Below, piece by piece: positions 30,132-40,017 of a stretch of 64,000 nt of DNA (position 1 is its first letter; every line of letters starts with the position of its first letter). The translations under genes were made by a program, and so were the position numbers. The notes beneath the pieces are model-generated. The model searched no databases, was not told the DNA's origin, and saw only the letters and a program-made list of their open reading frames with translations. The stretch comes from an uncultured Planctomycetaceae bacterium (GTDB lineage Bacteria > Planctomycetota > Planctomycetia > Isosphaerales > Isosphaeraceae): contig CAWIAD010000001.1 of the NCBI GenBank assembly GCA_963833985.1, forward strand, positions 2,112,001 through 2,176,000, written 5' to 3'.

Positions 30132-33100
30132 TCAAGCACGACCGATCAGCCGCCGGCCCCTGGCCATCGAGAACGGATACTGACGCACCAGGAACGGCGG
30201 GCTCTTGAGGTTGACGCGAATGTCGCCGAAATTGCCCAGGCCGCCGATCGCTGCCAGTGTCGTCACGCTGCTGCGCTGACCGCGTGATCGCCCCACGGAG
30301 CCAGAGATCACGGTCCTGTGCGGCACGCCCCCCTCGAGCGTGAGCACGAGGCCGTTCCCCGATGGATCACGCGTCAAATCAAGGTACCCACCGCCGGTGA
30401 CCTTGAGCGTGACCAGATTGCCCGAGCCGTCATAGTATCTCAGCGACGTGCCCATGCCGACGAGTACCACGTAGTTCGTACCAGCCAGGCCGGCGCTGGC
30501 GCCCGCAAGCGGATTGCCCGCCAGGTCGCGCACCGGTGCAGCCCCGGTGCCCGCGACGGCGATCTGGTAAAAATGGCCGGCCAGCATGGGCGACTGCGGG
30601 GTGAGAGTGACTGTATCGCTGGCAGCGTTGTAGGCCGGCGGAGCCAGCCCGAGCTGCCAGCTTCCCGGCGCATTCGCCAGGCCGCTCGTCCCCATGTCAC
30701 AGACCTGATAGTCGGCAGGGTTTGTGGCCGAGCCTGGCTGAAGCGGCTTGCTGAAGGAAATCGTCAGGCTCGTGATGACGGTCGAGGATCCGCTCCATTG
30801 AACGTTCGTGACCAGGGGCGGAGTGAAGTCCGGGTCGGTATCATGAATACGCAGGATGGTCGTTGTTGCGGCTCCCAGAACCGCCCCGCCTGTAGGCGAG
30901 CTGATGGCGAGCGCCACGTACTCATCGTGGTTGTCGTACGGGTTGTTCAGCACGGGGACCAGGATCGTACCGGAGGTCTGACCGTTTGCGAGCAGCAACG
31001 TGCCCGCGATCGGGGTGTAGTCCAGACCGGGCGTTGCGGCCGGTCCCGAAAGCGTCTGGTAAGAGACGGTCACCGGCCCCAGGGCCCCCACCGTCCGAAC
31101 CACGGAGATGGCGGCCACACCGGCCGTCTCATTCACCGTGGTCATCGGGCTGGCGAACTGAAGCACGCCCGGCGACTGGGCCACGGCCACCGTGGCGGTC
31201 GCCTGGTTGCTCGTGAGGTCGAGATCGAACTCGTTGCCGGCGACCGTGGCCGTCCAGGAATCCTGTCCGGAGGCCATCGGCACCAGCACGATCGAGAGCT
31301 GGGCGCTGGCTCCAGCAGCCAGGCTGCCCAGCGGCACAACCATCAATCCGGGCTGGACGAACGGCTGCCCCGCCGGCAGGCCTCCGGGCGCGGTCACGGA
31401 GCGAACCTGCGAACCGTTGGCAAGCGGCAGACTCAGCACCACTCCGGTGGCCGGCGCGGGGCCGAGGTTGCTGATGCTGGCAAAGAGCGTCAGGGTCGTT
31501 CCAACCTCACCGCTGGCCTGAGCCGGCAGCAGCGCCACGGCGAGATCGTCCGAAGGCAGCACAGCAACAGAGGTCCCGGCCGAATTGTCGCTCGGATGGG
31601 GGTCGAACGCATTACCAGCGACCGACGCGGTGATCGGCAGCCCCGGTGTGGCCCCGACGGACTGAGACGGGCGGACGAGGATGGTGACCGCGGCCGACTG
31701 CCCCGCGGACAGGGAGCCGATGACCGAGGTGATCACGCCATTCAGCAGCGCGGGTGGATTGCCGACGACCGACGTCCCCGAGACGAAGGCGGTTCCGGGC
31801 GGCAGGGGAGCGCTGATGATGACGCCGGTGTCGTCGGACGGACCGGTGTTCTTGACCACGAGCGTGTAGCTCAGGTTCTGGTCCTGATGGGCCGGTGCGG
31901 ACTGGGGCACGATGGCGATGGTTAGCGCGGCCGAGGGCGCAACAGCCACGGAGGTGGTCGCCTGTGCGAGCGCCGGGTTGAGGTTTGCATTGTAGCCCTG
32001 GGCGAGGGCCGTCATCGTCAGCAGCCCGAGGGCCAGCGGCTGTGGCGCGACCGTCAGGGTGACCGTGGCCGAGCTGCCGACGGCAAGGGGTCCCAGGTCC
32101 GCGGAAAGCCATCCCGAGGCGACCACCGGAGGGGCCGGCTGGGTGGACGTTTCCGCGAGGACACTTACGTCAGCTGGTAGAGGAACCGCCACGCTCGCGT
32201 CCGGGTCATCGGTCGGTCCCGTGTTCACAACGGTCATCGTGTAGCGGACGGGCTGACCAACCGGCACCGACGGCAGGCTGGGGGTCATGGTCACGACGAG
32301 GTTGCTGACGACTCTCACGGGCACGGTGATCGATGCCGTGTTGTTCGCCGGGTTCGCGTCCAGCTCCGCGGAAGCTGCCGAGGCTGTATTGACCAGCAGC
32401 GCGCCCGGCGGCACGGTCGGTTGTACGGTGATGAATACGGTGGCCGAGGAGCCGACGGCGAGAGCGCCGATGGCCGCAGTCACGCTCCCCGCGGAGAACA
32501 CGGGGGTCGCGTTCGCGGTCGACGTCGCCGAGACGAAGGTGACACCGCCGGGCAAGGTATCGGTCAGGCTTACGGCCGAAGCGTCGTCAGGTCCCGAGTT
32601 GCTGACCTGTACCGCGTAGACCAGGTTCTGTCCCTCGGCCACCGGCCCGGGGTTGGCCGTCATGCTCACTGCCAGGTCGACGACCGGCTCGATGGTCAAC
32701 GAGGCAGTTGCCGAGTTGTCGCTGGCAGTCGGGTCGGCCTGGTCGCTAGCGATGCTGGCCGTGGCCGCATAGGTTCCAACCTGGCCGGCCTGGACGACCA
32801 CGCTGATCGTGGCCTGGCTACCCGAAGCCAGGGTACCCAGAGCGGCGGAAAGCACGCCTCCCGACCAGTTCGCCTGGCCCTGACTCGGCGTTGCCGCCAC
32901 GAAGGAAAGGGCAGGCCCCAGCGGCAGCGAGAGCTCGACGTTCGTGGCCGTGGAAGGCCCCTGGTTCGTCGCGACCAGAGTGTAGGTGAAGCGATCGCCA
33001 ACGTGCGCCGTGCTCGCCGCCGGTGTCATCTGCAAGGCAAGGTCGGCCACCGTGGCAACCTTGGTGGTCAGAGTGGCCGAGTCGTTGCCGGGCGTGGGAT

Positions 33101-35048
33101 CAATCTCGGCGAGGGTCACCGACGCGGTATCAGTGACGGTTGAGCCAGCGGCAGCCATCACCGTTCCGGTGACGGTCACGGTGGCAACGCCACCCGCCTT
33201 GATCGTGCCCATCCTGGCGATGACCATCTGCGCCATCAGCGTGGGGGCCTGGCCCTGGCTGGAGACTTCCGAGGACGCGGAGAACAGGTAAGGCAGCTCA
33301 TCGTTCAGGACCACCTGGTGGGCATCGAGATTGCCCACATTCGAGACGGTCACGGTGTAGGTCAGCGGCCCGCTGGCGGCTGCCGGCGTCGGATTCGGAG
33401 TGATCGCGACGGTCAGGTCCGTAACACCCAGCACGGTGGCATCCGGGGAGAACTCCGACGTGTTCCCCCCGCTGTCGGTGGCCGTGGCCGAGATCGCTGC
33501 GCCGGCCGGCGGGGCAGTCGGCAGCGTGAGACTGATCGCGGCGTTGCCGCTGGAGTCAGTGGTCACGGAGGTGGTCCGCATCAGGTTCTGACCCTCCCCG
33601 TAACCGGAAGGATCAGCGCTCGGGCTCCAGAAGACTTGCAGCGTGTAGGTGCTCGTCGGCATCCCCAGCAGGTTACCGTGGACGGTGGTCGTCTTGCCGT
33701 CGGTCTGCGCCCCGTTGAAGACCGGAAAGTTCTGGAAATTATTCGGGCCCGGCGTTCCCGGCTGGTGACTGGGAGTCGGTCCGCTGCCCAGGTTGATGCC
33801 GAGACCGGCATTGTCGTGGATGGAATTGGAGAGGATGGTGTCCTGGTTCACCAGGCCGACGAGCTGAATTCCCGCCCCGACATTCCCGATGCCGTTGTTG
33901 GCGATCACGTTGCCCGCACCGCTACCGGTCCCGCCGATCATGTTGCTGCTGCTGCCCAGGCTGAAGCCATTGACCCGGTTGCCTAGCGCCATCGTCCCCG
34001 AGCGGTCGGTACCGACCTCGTTGCCCTGGAACAGGTTGCCGGTCGCGGAGTTGACCGTTTCCACCCCGTTGCCCTGGTTGCCCGAGAAGACGTTGCCGTC
34101 GGCCGCTCCTGTCCCGCCGATGGTATTCGCGGTCGACCCGTCGAGCAGGATGCCGTCACCGCGATTCCCCAGGACATGGAGACCATCGGACGTGGTGCCC
34201 ACCAGGTTGCCGGCCACCAGGTTCCCCGTGGCGCCGGCCGCCAGTACGATGCCGTTCTGCTGGTTTCCTGAGATCACATTGCCGATGGCGGGCGCCGTCG
34301 CCCCGACGAGGTTGTTGCTGACCCCTTCCAGCAGGATGCCGTCTCCCTGGTTGCCCAGGGCAGCGGTGCCGTCGCCCGTGGTGCCCACGAGGTTGCCCAG
34401 GATCAGGTTCGCTGTGGCATCCACCGTGGAGCGGTCGAGCTCGATGCCCGCTTCCAGGTTGCCCGATATCACGTTCGCCGCGCCGGTGGCCGTTCCGCCA
34501 ATCGTATTGAACGATGAACCGATGATCTGGATGCCCGTGCCGTTATGCCGCGCGACCGTTCCACTGGCGTCGGTGCCGACCCGGTCCCCCTGGATCAGGT
34601 TGCCACTCCCGCCGTCCAGAACGATGCCGGCTCCCGTGAACCCAGAGATGGCCAATCCCTGGATGGTGCTCTGACCCGCGGCGAGGACCAGGCCGTTGCC
34701 CTCCGCGCCGGCAGCGGCGCCGTTGATCTCGATCAGCGGCTGACCCGCAAAGCCCGGCTGGCTCGTGCCATCCAGAAGCACCGGAACCGTGATCCGCGGA
34801 AGCGGACTCTGGAGCGCGATTTGCTGCACTCCCGTGCCAGGGATGTCAAACTGGATCACCCCGGGGCTGGAACTCTCGTTCAGCTGGAGGATCGCCCAGC
34901 GCAAGGTGCCGGCGCTGCCGTCATCGGCCGTGCTCTGCACGACGAACCCGGTCAATAAAAGGCGCTCTTCCATGAGCTCCACCCGGGGCCCATGGCACCT
35001 GCGGCGCGGCCGCATCGCTCGGCGCTTGGATTCGTTACTACAGCTCAT
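30132..35048 (-). CDS. Large surface protein/adhesin: beta-helix repeats, six DUF11 Ig-like repeats, Calx-beta domain
   Basis: Planctomycete-type N-terminus (RRR..VELMEERLLL), GNVISGN repeats, six DL.V....TY.V.V.N.GP repeats, PGVLQFA..V.E..G Calx-beta motif. Confidence 0.88.
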   Translation of the reverse strand: MSCSNESKRRAMRPRRRCHGPRVELMEERLLLTGFVVQSTADDGSAGTLRWAILQLNESSSPGVIQFDIPGTGVQQIALQSPLPRITVPVLLDGTSQPGFAGQPLIEINGAAAGAEGNGLVLAAGQSTIQGLAISGFTGAGIVLDGGSGNLIQGDRVGTDASGTVARHNGTGIQIIGSSFNTIGGTATGAANVISGNLEAGIELDRSTVDATANLILGNLVGTTGDGTAALGNQGDGILLEGVSNNLVGATAPAIGNVISGNQQNGIVLAAGATGNLVAGNLVGTTSDGLHVLGNRGDGILLDGSTANTIGGTGAADGNVFSGNQGNGVETVNSATGNLFQGNEVGTDRSGTMALGNRVNGFSLGSSSNMIGGTGSGAGNVIANNGIGNVGAGIQLVGLVNQDTILSNSIHDNAGLGINLGSGPTPSHQPGTPGPNNFQNFPVFNGAQTDGKTTTVHGNLLGMPTSTYTLQVFWSPSADPSGYGEGQNLMRTTSVTTDSSGNAAISLTLPTAPPAGAAISATATDSGGNTSEFSPDATVLGVTDLTVAITPNPTPAAASGPLTYTVTVSNVGNLDAHQVVLNDELPYLFSASSEVSSQGQAPTLMAQMVIARMGTIKAGGVATVTVTGTVMAAAGSTVTDTASVTLAEIDPTPGNDSATLTTKVATVADLALQMTPAASTAHVGDRFTYTLVATNQGPSTATNVELSLPLGPALSFVAATPSQGQANWSGGVLSAALGTLASGSQATISVVVQAGQVGTYAATASIASDQADPTASDNSATASLTIEPVVDLAVSMTANPGPVAEGQNLVYAVQVSNSGPDDASAVSLTDTLPGGVTFVSATSTANATPVFSAGSVTAAIGALAVGSSATVFITVQPTVPPGALLVNTASAASAELDANPANNTASITVPVRVVSNLVVTMTPSLPSVPVGQPVRYTMTVVNTGPTDDPDASVAVPLPADVSVLAETSTQPAPPVVASGWLSADLGPLAVGSSATVTLTVAPQPLALGLLTMTALAQGYNANLNPALAQATTSVAVAPSAALTIAIVPQSAPAHQDQNLSYTLVVKNTGPSDDTGVIISAPLPPGTAFVSGTSVVGNPPALLNGVITSVIGSLSAGQSAAVTILVRPSQSVGATPGLPITASVAGNAFDPHPSDNSAGTSVAVLPSDDLAVALLPAQASGEVGTTLTLFASISNLGPAPATGVVLSLPLANGSQVRSVTAPGGLPAGQPFVQPGLMVVPLGSLAAGASAQLSIVLVPMASGQDSWTATVAGNEFDLDLTSNQATATVAVAQSPGVLQFASPMTTVNETAGVAAISVVRTVGALGPVTVSYQTLSGPAATPGLDYTPIAGTLLLANGQTSGTILVPVLNNPYDNHDEYVALAISSPTGGAVLGAATTTILRIHDTDPDFTPPLVTNVQWSGSSTVITSLTISFSKPLQPGSATNPADYQVCDMGTSGLANAPGSWQLGLAPPAYNAASDTVTLTPQSPMLAGHFYQIAVAGTGAAPVRDLAGNPLAGASAGLAGTNYVVLVGMGTSLRYYDGSGNLVTLKVTGGGYLDLTRDPSGNGLVLTLEGGVPHRTVISGSVGRSRGQRSSVTTLAAIGGLGNFGDIRVNLKSPPFLVRQYPFSMARGRRLIGRA

Positions 35049-35279
35049 GGGAGAGATTCAAGAGGAGGCAACAGAGCTAGGCACTGAGGATGGCGAGTCG
35101 TCGCAGTCAACGACTCAAGCACTCATGGTGCCGGGGACGTGTCGAGTCACGCTACTCCCCATCCTCGGATCAGATCAATAATACAAGCGAGGGAAGAAGC
35201 AGGTCGAGCGAAATCTTTCGTGCGCGCGTGGGAACTCGAGGATCCCCGGCGTGCCGTGGCGTATCCGCCGCACGAGCAT

Positions 35280-36449
35280 TCAGACGGGCAAGGCGGAACT
35301 CGGGGCCGCGACAGGCAAATGATACAGCATGAGGTAGATCACAACGCCCGTCACTGAGACATAAATCCAGATGGGAAAGGTTGTAGCGGCGATACTGCGG
35401 TGGCCGGCACGGTCGCGGCGAATGGCCCGCAGAAGTGTCAGCAGGACGAGAGGCACGACGCCGAACGTGGCGAGCAGCGTGTGTGACAGGAGCACCGTGA
35501 AATAAAGCCAGCGCATCGGCCCCTGACCCAGGAAAGGGACGCTGCCTGCGTGGTAGTGATACACCAGGTAGAAAGCCAGGAAGAGCGTGGAGGTGAGCAC
35601 GGCAAGGATCATGCACAGGCGGTGAGCACGGATGCGCGGAGTATCGGGCCAGGAGGTTCCTATCGCCGGCTGGCGATCAAGGCGAGCGCTCTCGCTTCGA
35701 GCCGTGCCGAGGCCGTCGCGGCCCCGGATCAGCCTCCAGCCGACCAGAAGCAGAAGGGCGCAGGTGGCGTTCAGGCTGGCATTGACGGCAGGTAGTGCCC
35801 GGACCCAGGAAGGCAACGACCGTCGCCTGGCCTGAGCCACGAGCGTGCCGATTGCCGCGGGTTCGTTGGAATCGAAAAGGCCGATGACCCGGCCGCGATC
35901 CACCAGCGCGAGCCGATCGCTGTGGGCAATGAGCTCGGATCTTCCCTCCGGATCGGGGGCCGGGTTTTCCATCACGCTGAGCTTGAACCTGCTCTCGATC
36001 AGGTCGTAGATGAGCGCACGTGAGCCCGTGAGAAACCACCACCGTGCGGGGTCCGCGTCGAAGCGGCCGGCATAGTCGGCCAGCACCGTTGGAGTATCGT
36101 GTTCAGGGTCGACCGAAAGGCTGACGAGGAGGACGCCGGAGCCGGCCAACCGCGGCTGCAAGCTCTTCATCACGGAGGTGATCCGCGGACACGAGAGCTG
36201 GCAGCGCGTGAAGATGAACGAGACGATGCACACCCGGTCCGCCAGGTCGGCCTGCGTGATCGTCCGGCCCGATCGCTCGACGAGCTGAAAGTCTCCCAGT
36301 GCCTCCGCCCGCTCGCCCAGGTCCTGTGCGGCGCGGGGCGGAGAGAGCGCTGGCCGCGACCCGGCCAGCAGCAAGACCGTCACGGCCGAGGCCAGCACGG
36401 TCACCAGGACGATCTGCACCCCGCGAAGGTATGAGCGGCGAACACTCAT
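35280..36449 (-). CDS. SCO1/SenC copper chaperone fused to a DUF420 membrane domain
   Basis: FIFTRCQLSCP (CxxxC), SVDPEHDTP, AHS; then LPAVNASLN..AHRLCM..FLAFYLVYH..PIWIYVSVTGV. Confidence 0.9.
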   Translation of the reverse strand: MSVRRSYLRGVQIVLVTVLASAVTVLLLAGSRPALSPPRAAQDLGERAEALGDFQLVERSGRTITQADLADRVCIVSFIFTRCQLSCPRITSVMKSLQPRLAGSGVLLVSLSVDPEHDTPTVLADYAGRFDADPARWWFLTGSRALIYDLIESRFKLSVMENPAPDPEGRSELIAHSDRLALVDRGRVIGLFDSNEPAAIGTLVAQARRRSLPSWVRALPAVNASLNATCALLLLVGWRLIRGRDGLGTARSESARLDRQPAIGTSWPDTPRIRAHRLCMILAVLTSTLFLAFYLVYHYHAGSVPFLGQGPMRWLYFTVLLSHTLLATFGVVPLVLLTLLRAIRRDRAGHRSIAATTFPIWIYVSVTGVVIYLMLYHLPVAAPSSALPV

Positions 36450-36910
36450 GAAGAGAGGCCGAAGCGATCAGAACCGGAAGGGACGGAAGGACGGCGTGGT
36501 AACAGGGCACACACGCTCGGGGCCGTTGCGTCCTCGAGAGCCGGGCGCGGGGAAACCCACGTCTCATCCTCGTCTGCGTTTTCCTCGTCGACCGGCTTCA
36601 TGGCCATGTCCGGGCAGAGGGCCAGTGTCAGGAAGACGGCCATCACGCAGGCCGGGATGATGAGAATGTAAACCCACTTCTTCTCGAACTTCAGGTGCAT
36701 GAAGAACCAGCCGACCATGGCGGCCTTCACCAGGGCCAGGGAGACCAGGCCAATCACGAGGACCCCGAAGTAGCTCTTGAAGAGGAACGCATAGAAGTAT
36801 TCCACGGCGGTCAGGACCGCCAGCAGGAACCATACTTTCATGTAGGGAGCGTGCGACTCGACGGCAAGCTCTTCCGCCATGTCGGGAGTCACGGAGTGTG
36901 CCTCGGCCAT
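36446..36910 (-). CDS. Cytochrome c oxidase subunit IV family protein
   Basis: LAVLTAVE, LALVKA.MV..FFMHLKFE. Confidence 0.88.
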   Translation of the reverse strand: MAEAHSVTPDMAEELAVESHAPYMKVWFLLAVLTAVEYFYAFLFKSYFGVLVIGLVSLALVKAAMVGWFFMHLKFEKKWVYILIIPACVMAVFLTLALCPDMAMKPVDEENADEDETWVSPRPALEDATAPSVCALLPRRPSVPSGSDRFGLSS

Positions 36911-36965
36911 AGATCACGTCCTCTCAGGAACAGGCAGGGCGCGGAGCGAATCCGGTCGCCGGCGG

Positions 36966-37916
36966 TCAGATCAGGTAAACGATGGTGAACAGGATGATCC
37001 ACACGAGGTCGACGAAGTGCCAGTACAGGCCGGCGAACTCGATGGGGTTGTAGTGGGTCTGCGTGTAGACTCCGCGCAGCGACTGGATGAAGATGAGGAT
37101 GAGCGTGATCACGCCGCCGGTGACGTGCAGACCGTGAAACCCCGTCATGGTGAAGAAGCAGGACGCGAACAGGCTGACATCCGGCCGGAAGTGCCCGGTG
37201 GCGCTGATGCCGGGCGGGTAGCTCCTGCCGAACATCAGCTCGTAGTACTCGATCACCTGGATGCTCAGAAAGACGCTGCCGATGAGGATGGTTGCGCCCA
37301 GGAACACCAGGCTGCGCTTCCGCTTACCCTGCTGGATGGCCGAGAGCGAGAGCACCATGGTGACCGAGGAGCAGATCAGGACGAAGGTATTGAACGCCGT
37401 CAGGTCGATGCTCAACGGGTTGGTGAGCTTGTCGTAAGGTTTGGGCCAGTTGTGCGTCACCAGTTGTTCCACGTGGGCGTCGACGCCGGTCGCCTGTAGC
37501 TTGCCGGCGAGCTCCTCAGCCTTCGCCTGAGTCAGCCGGTTGACCACCGTCACCTCGTGCGCTTCCTCAACTATCTTGCGGGCGGCATCGGCGGTCACGG
37601 CCGGAGCCGCGGCACGGATTGCTTCCTCGGCCTGCTCCGGGCTCGAGCCGGACGATGCCAGGACCACCCCGTATGTGTCGGCCAGTTCGTGCAGGTTGGT
37701 GGTCGGCTCGTAGAGGTTCGAGTAGTACGTGGAGGGACTCCCCGAACGGAGCACGATGTATGAGCCGATCAGCCCGGTGAAGAACATGACTTCCGTGGCA
37801 AGGAAGAGCCACATGGCGACCTTGCCGGGAGTGACCGGGGCGTGATGGTCGTGGGACGGCGATCCGCCGTGAGTCGCAGGGGCGGCAGCGGTGGGAGAAG
37901 CGGTGGCGTCGGCCAT
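36966..37916 (-). CDS. ctaE: Cytochrome c oxidase subunit III (with inserted soluble domain)
   Basis: MWLFLATEVMFF, NTFVLICSS, TGFHGLHV, GLYWHFVDLVW. Confidence 0.92.
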   Translation of the reverse strand: MADATASPTAAAPATHGGSPSHDHHAPVTPGKVAMWLFLATEVMFFTGLIGSYIVLRSGSPSTYYSNLYEPTTNLHELADTYGVVLASSGSSPEQAEEAIRAAAPAVTADAARKIVEEAHEVTVVNRLTQAKAEELAGKLQATGVDAHVEQLVTHNWPKPYDKLTNPLSIDLTAFNTFVLICSSVTMVLSLSAIQQGKRKRSLVFLGATILIGSVFLSIQVIEYYELMFGRSYPPGISATGHFRPDVSLFASCFFTMTGFHGLHVTGGVITLILIFIQSLRGVYTQTHYNPIEFAGLYWHFVDLVWIILFTIVYLI

Positions 37917-37979
37917 CGTGTTGGGATCCCTCGAAATCAAGGCCAGCGGTGCGCGCCGGCCGGTCCGGGCAAGAATGCC

Positions 37980-38912
37980 TCAGGCCGGCAGCGGATTGAG
38001 TACCAGGAGAATCAGGACCAGAGGCAAGTACAGGAACGACATCCGCAGGAGCCGGCGTGCCGCTGTTTCGGAGACGTTCATCCAGAAGCCGACGGCCGCG
38101 GCAAGGTAAACCAGTCCCAGCACGAGTGATCCGGCGAAGTAGACCGCTCCCGCCATGCCCACGGTCGCCGGCAAGAGCCCGGCCGGCACAAGCGCCAGGG
38201 CGTACAGAGAAGCTTGCCGGCTGGTGAGTATCCCCGCGGGATCAACCCGTGGCAGCATCTTCAGGCCGCCCCGGGCATAGTCTTCCCGGTAGATCCAGGC
38301 AATCGCCAGAAAGTGAGGGAATTGCCAGAGGAACACGATCAGGAACAGAGCGAACGCCTCGATGCCCAGGGTGCCCGTGGCGGCCGCCCAGCCGATCACC
38401 GGCGGGAGGGCCCCCGGAACGGCGCCGATGGCCGTATTCAGGGTGGTCCACGGCTTGAGCGGCGTGTACACGAACACGTAGAGCAGAAGCGTCGCCATGG
38501 CGACCGCGGCCGCGAGCCAGTGGCAGGCCGCGAGCAAAAGCGCCGAGCCGGCCAGTCCGAGACCGGTGCCAAAGAGGGCCGCCTCGCCGGCGCCCAGGCG
38601 GCCGCGCGGCAGAACCCGGTTGGCGGTCCGGCGCATCCGCGCGTCACGCGCCCGCTCCATCCACTGGTTCAGCGCACTGGCGCCTCCGGCCACCAGCCCC
38701 GTGCCCAGCAGGGTCAAGGCCAGCTTTGCGGGATGCGAACTGCCTCGAGCCCCCAGCACGAAGCCCACGCCCACCGTCACCAGCACCATCACCACGATGC
38801 GCGGCTTCGTGAGCGAGACGTAGGCGGACAACCGGTTCGCGGCCGCGTTCAGCAAGGCGTCCGTGGAGGACGCAACCAGGACAGGTTTCGCAATCGTGAC
38901 CGCCGTTTTCAA
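37980..38912 (-). CDS. ctaB: Heme o synthase (protoheme IX farnesyltransferase)
   Basis: LTKPRI, D.RM.RT..R.LP, YTPLK, GAVPGALPP.IGW, WQFPHF. The real start is probably the TTG overlapping the ctaA stop. Confidence 0.93.
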   Translation of the reverse strand: MKTAVTIAKPVLVASSTDALLNAAANRLSAYVSLTKPRIVVMVLVTVGVGFVLGARGSSHPAKLALTLLGTGLVAGGASALNQWMERARDARMRRTANRVLPRGRLGAGEAALFGTGLGLAGSALLLAACHWLAAAVAMATLLLYVFVYTPLKPWTTLNTAIGAVPGALPPVIGWAAATGTLGIEAFALFLIVFLWQFPHFLAIAWIYREDYARGGLKMLPRVDPAGILTSRQASLYALALVPAGLLPATVGMAGAVYFAGSLVLGLVYLAAAVGFWMNVSETAARRLLRMSFLYLPLVLILLVLNPLPA

Positions 38913-39913
38913 AGTGCGACCTCCAGACCACCGGGAACTGCCGGGCCGCCGGTGTGCAGGGAAAGAGCTTCTCCGGCGGCAAGGCGCTCGGCTGCCGTCA
39001 TGGACCGCAGATGCCGGCGGGCCCGCAGGGCCAGGACGACGCTCGCGGCCAGCAGCAAGGCGGCACTCGTCTGGTGGCCGGTGCGTACGACCGCCTCGTA
39101 GAACCCCGTCTGGCGGGGCATCCCATCCAGCGGCAGGATGTACACCAGTGCCGCAAGTCCGAGCGCCGCCTGGACCAGGACGGCGATCGCGAGCAGGCGA
39201 GACGGAATCAGCAAGGCCGGCACGTCGCGGCGATGCCGCTGGACCCGCCCCGCAAGCCAGAGCGCGTGGGTCAGTACGGCCGCGGCGCACACGGCGTGCA
39301 CGGCCACGGCCGCCGGGGTTGCGTAATGGCGAACCCAGGCACCCAGCATGATCTGGCCGTAAACCAGCCCGAGCATCACCAGCGAGCGCCGGCGGAACCG
39401 GTGGTGATCCGGCGCGGGGACCGCCGGACCGTGCCAGTCGCGGCCGGTCAGGACGCAAAGTGCGATCATCAAACCGAAGAACGCTTGCCCGGTGCAGCCG
39501 TGCACGGCGGCCAGCAGAGTGGAGACCTGCGTGACTCGCGTGCCTCCGAGGATTCCCTGCACGATCACCGCGGCCAGGGCACCCACCCCAAGCGCCTTCA
39601 TCCACCGCCGAGGCTCGTAGCACAAGAACCAGAGGGCCAGGCCCACGGTGGCCAGGCCCACGGCCGCTCCATAAAGCCGGTGCAGATGTTCGACCCGCAC
39701 GCCGAAGGGCGCATTCCAGAAATCGTACAGGAACATGTTGAAGCCGAACGTCGTGGGCCAGTCGGGTACGGCCAGGCCCACCCGGTACGTCGTCACCGAG
39801 CCGCCCACGAACAGCAAGGGAAGCGTGAAGACCGCGGCCAGAACCGCCAGCGCGTGCGGGCTCCAGCGGTAGCCGGACCGAGGTGCCTGGGATGAAAGGT
39901 CGGGTGCCGTCAT
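38909..39913 (-). CDS. ctaA: Heme A synthase (COX15/CtaA family)
   Basis: GG.VT..GLAVPDWPT, EHLHR, QGILGG, conserved His residues in TM helices. Confidence 0.9.
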   Translation of the reverse strand: MTAPDLSSQAPRSGYRWSPHALAVLAAVFTLPLLFVGGSVTTYRVGLAVPDWPTTFGFNMFLYDFWNAPFGVRVEHLHRLYGAAVGLATVGLALWFLCYEPRRWMKALGVGALAAVIVQGILGGTRVTQVSTLLAAVHGCTGQAFFGLMIALCVLTGRDWHGPAVPAPDHHRFRRRSLVMLGLVYGQIMLGAWVRHYATPAAVAVHAVCAAAVLTHALWLAGRVQRHRRDVPALLIPSRLLAIAVLVQAALGLAALVYILPLDGMPRQTGFYEAVVRTGHQTSAALLLAASVVLALRARRHLRSMTAAERLAAGEALSLHTGGPAVPGGLEVAL

Positions 39914-40017
39914 GGTGGCGATATCAGGTCCAGCTCGAGGGCAAGGAGGCGTTCAGCAAACCGTACAAGGCAAACCGCGGGCCGATCGCATGCGACCGGT
40001 CCGCGGATCGTGGCAGG

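Noticed and set aside
37980..39623. 547-aa extended ctaB
   Set aside because: The N-terminal extension overlaps ctaA in another frame and is low-complexity; the real start is near 38912
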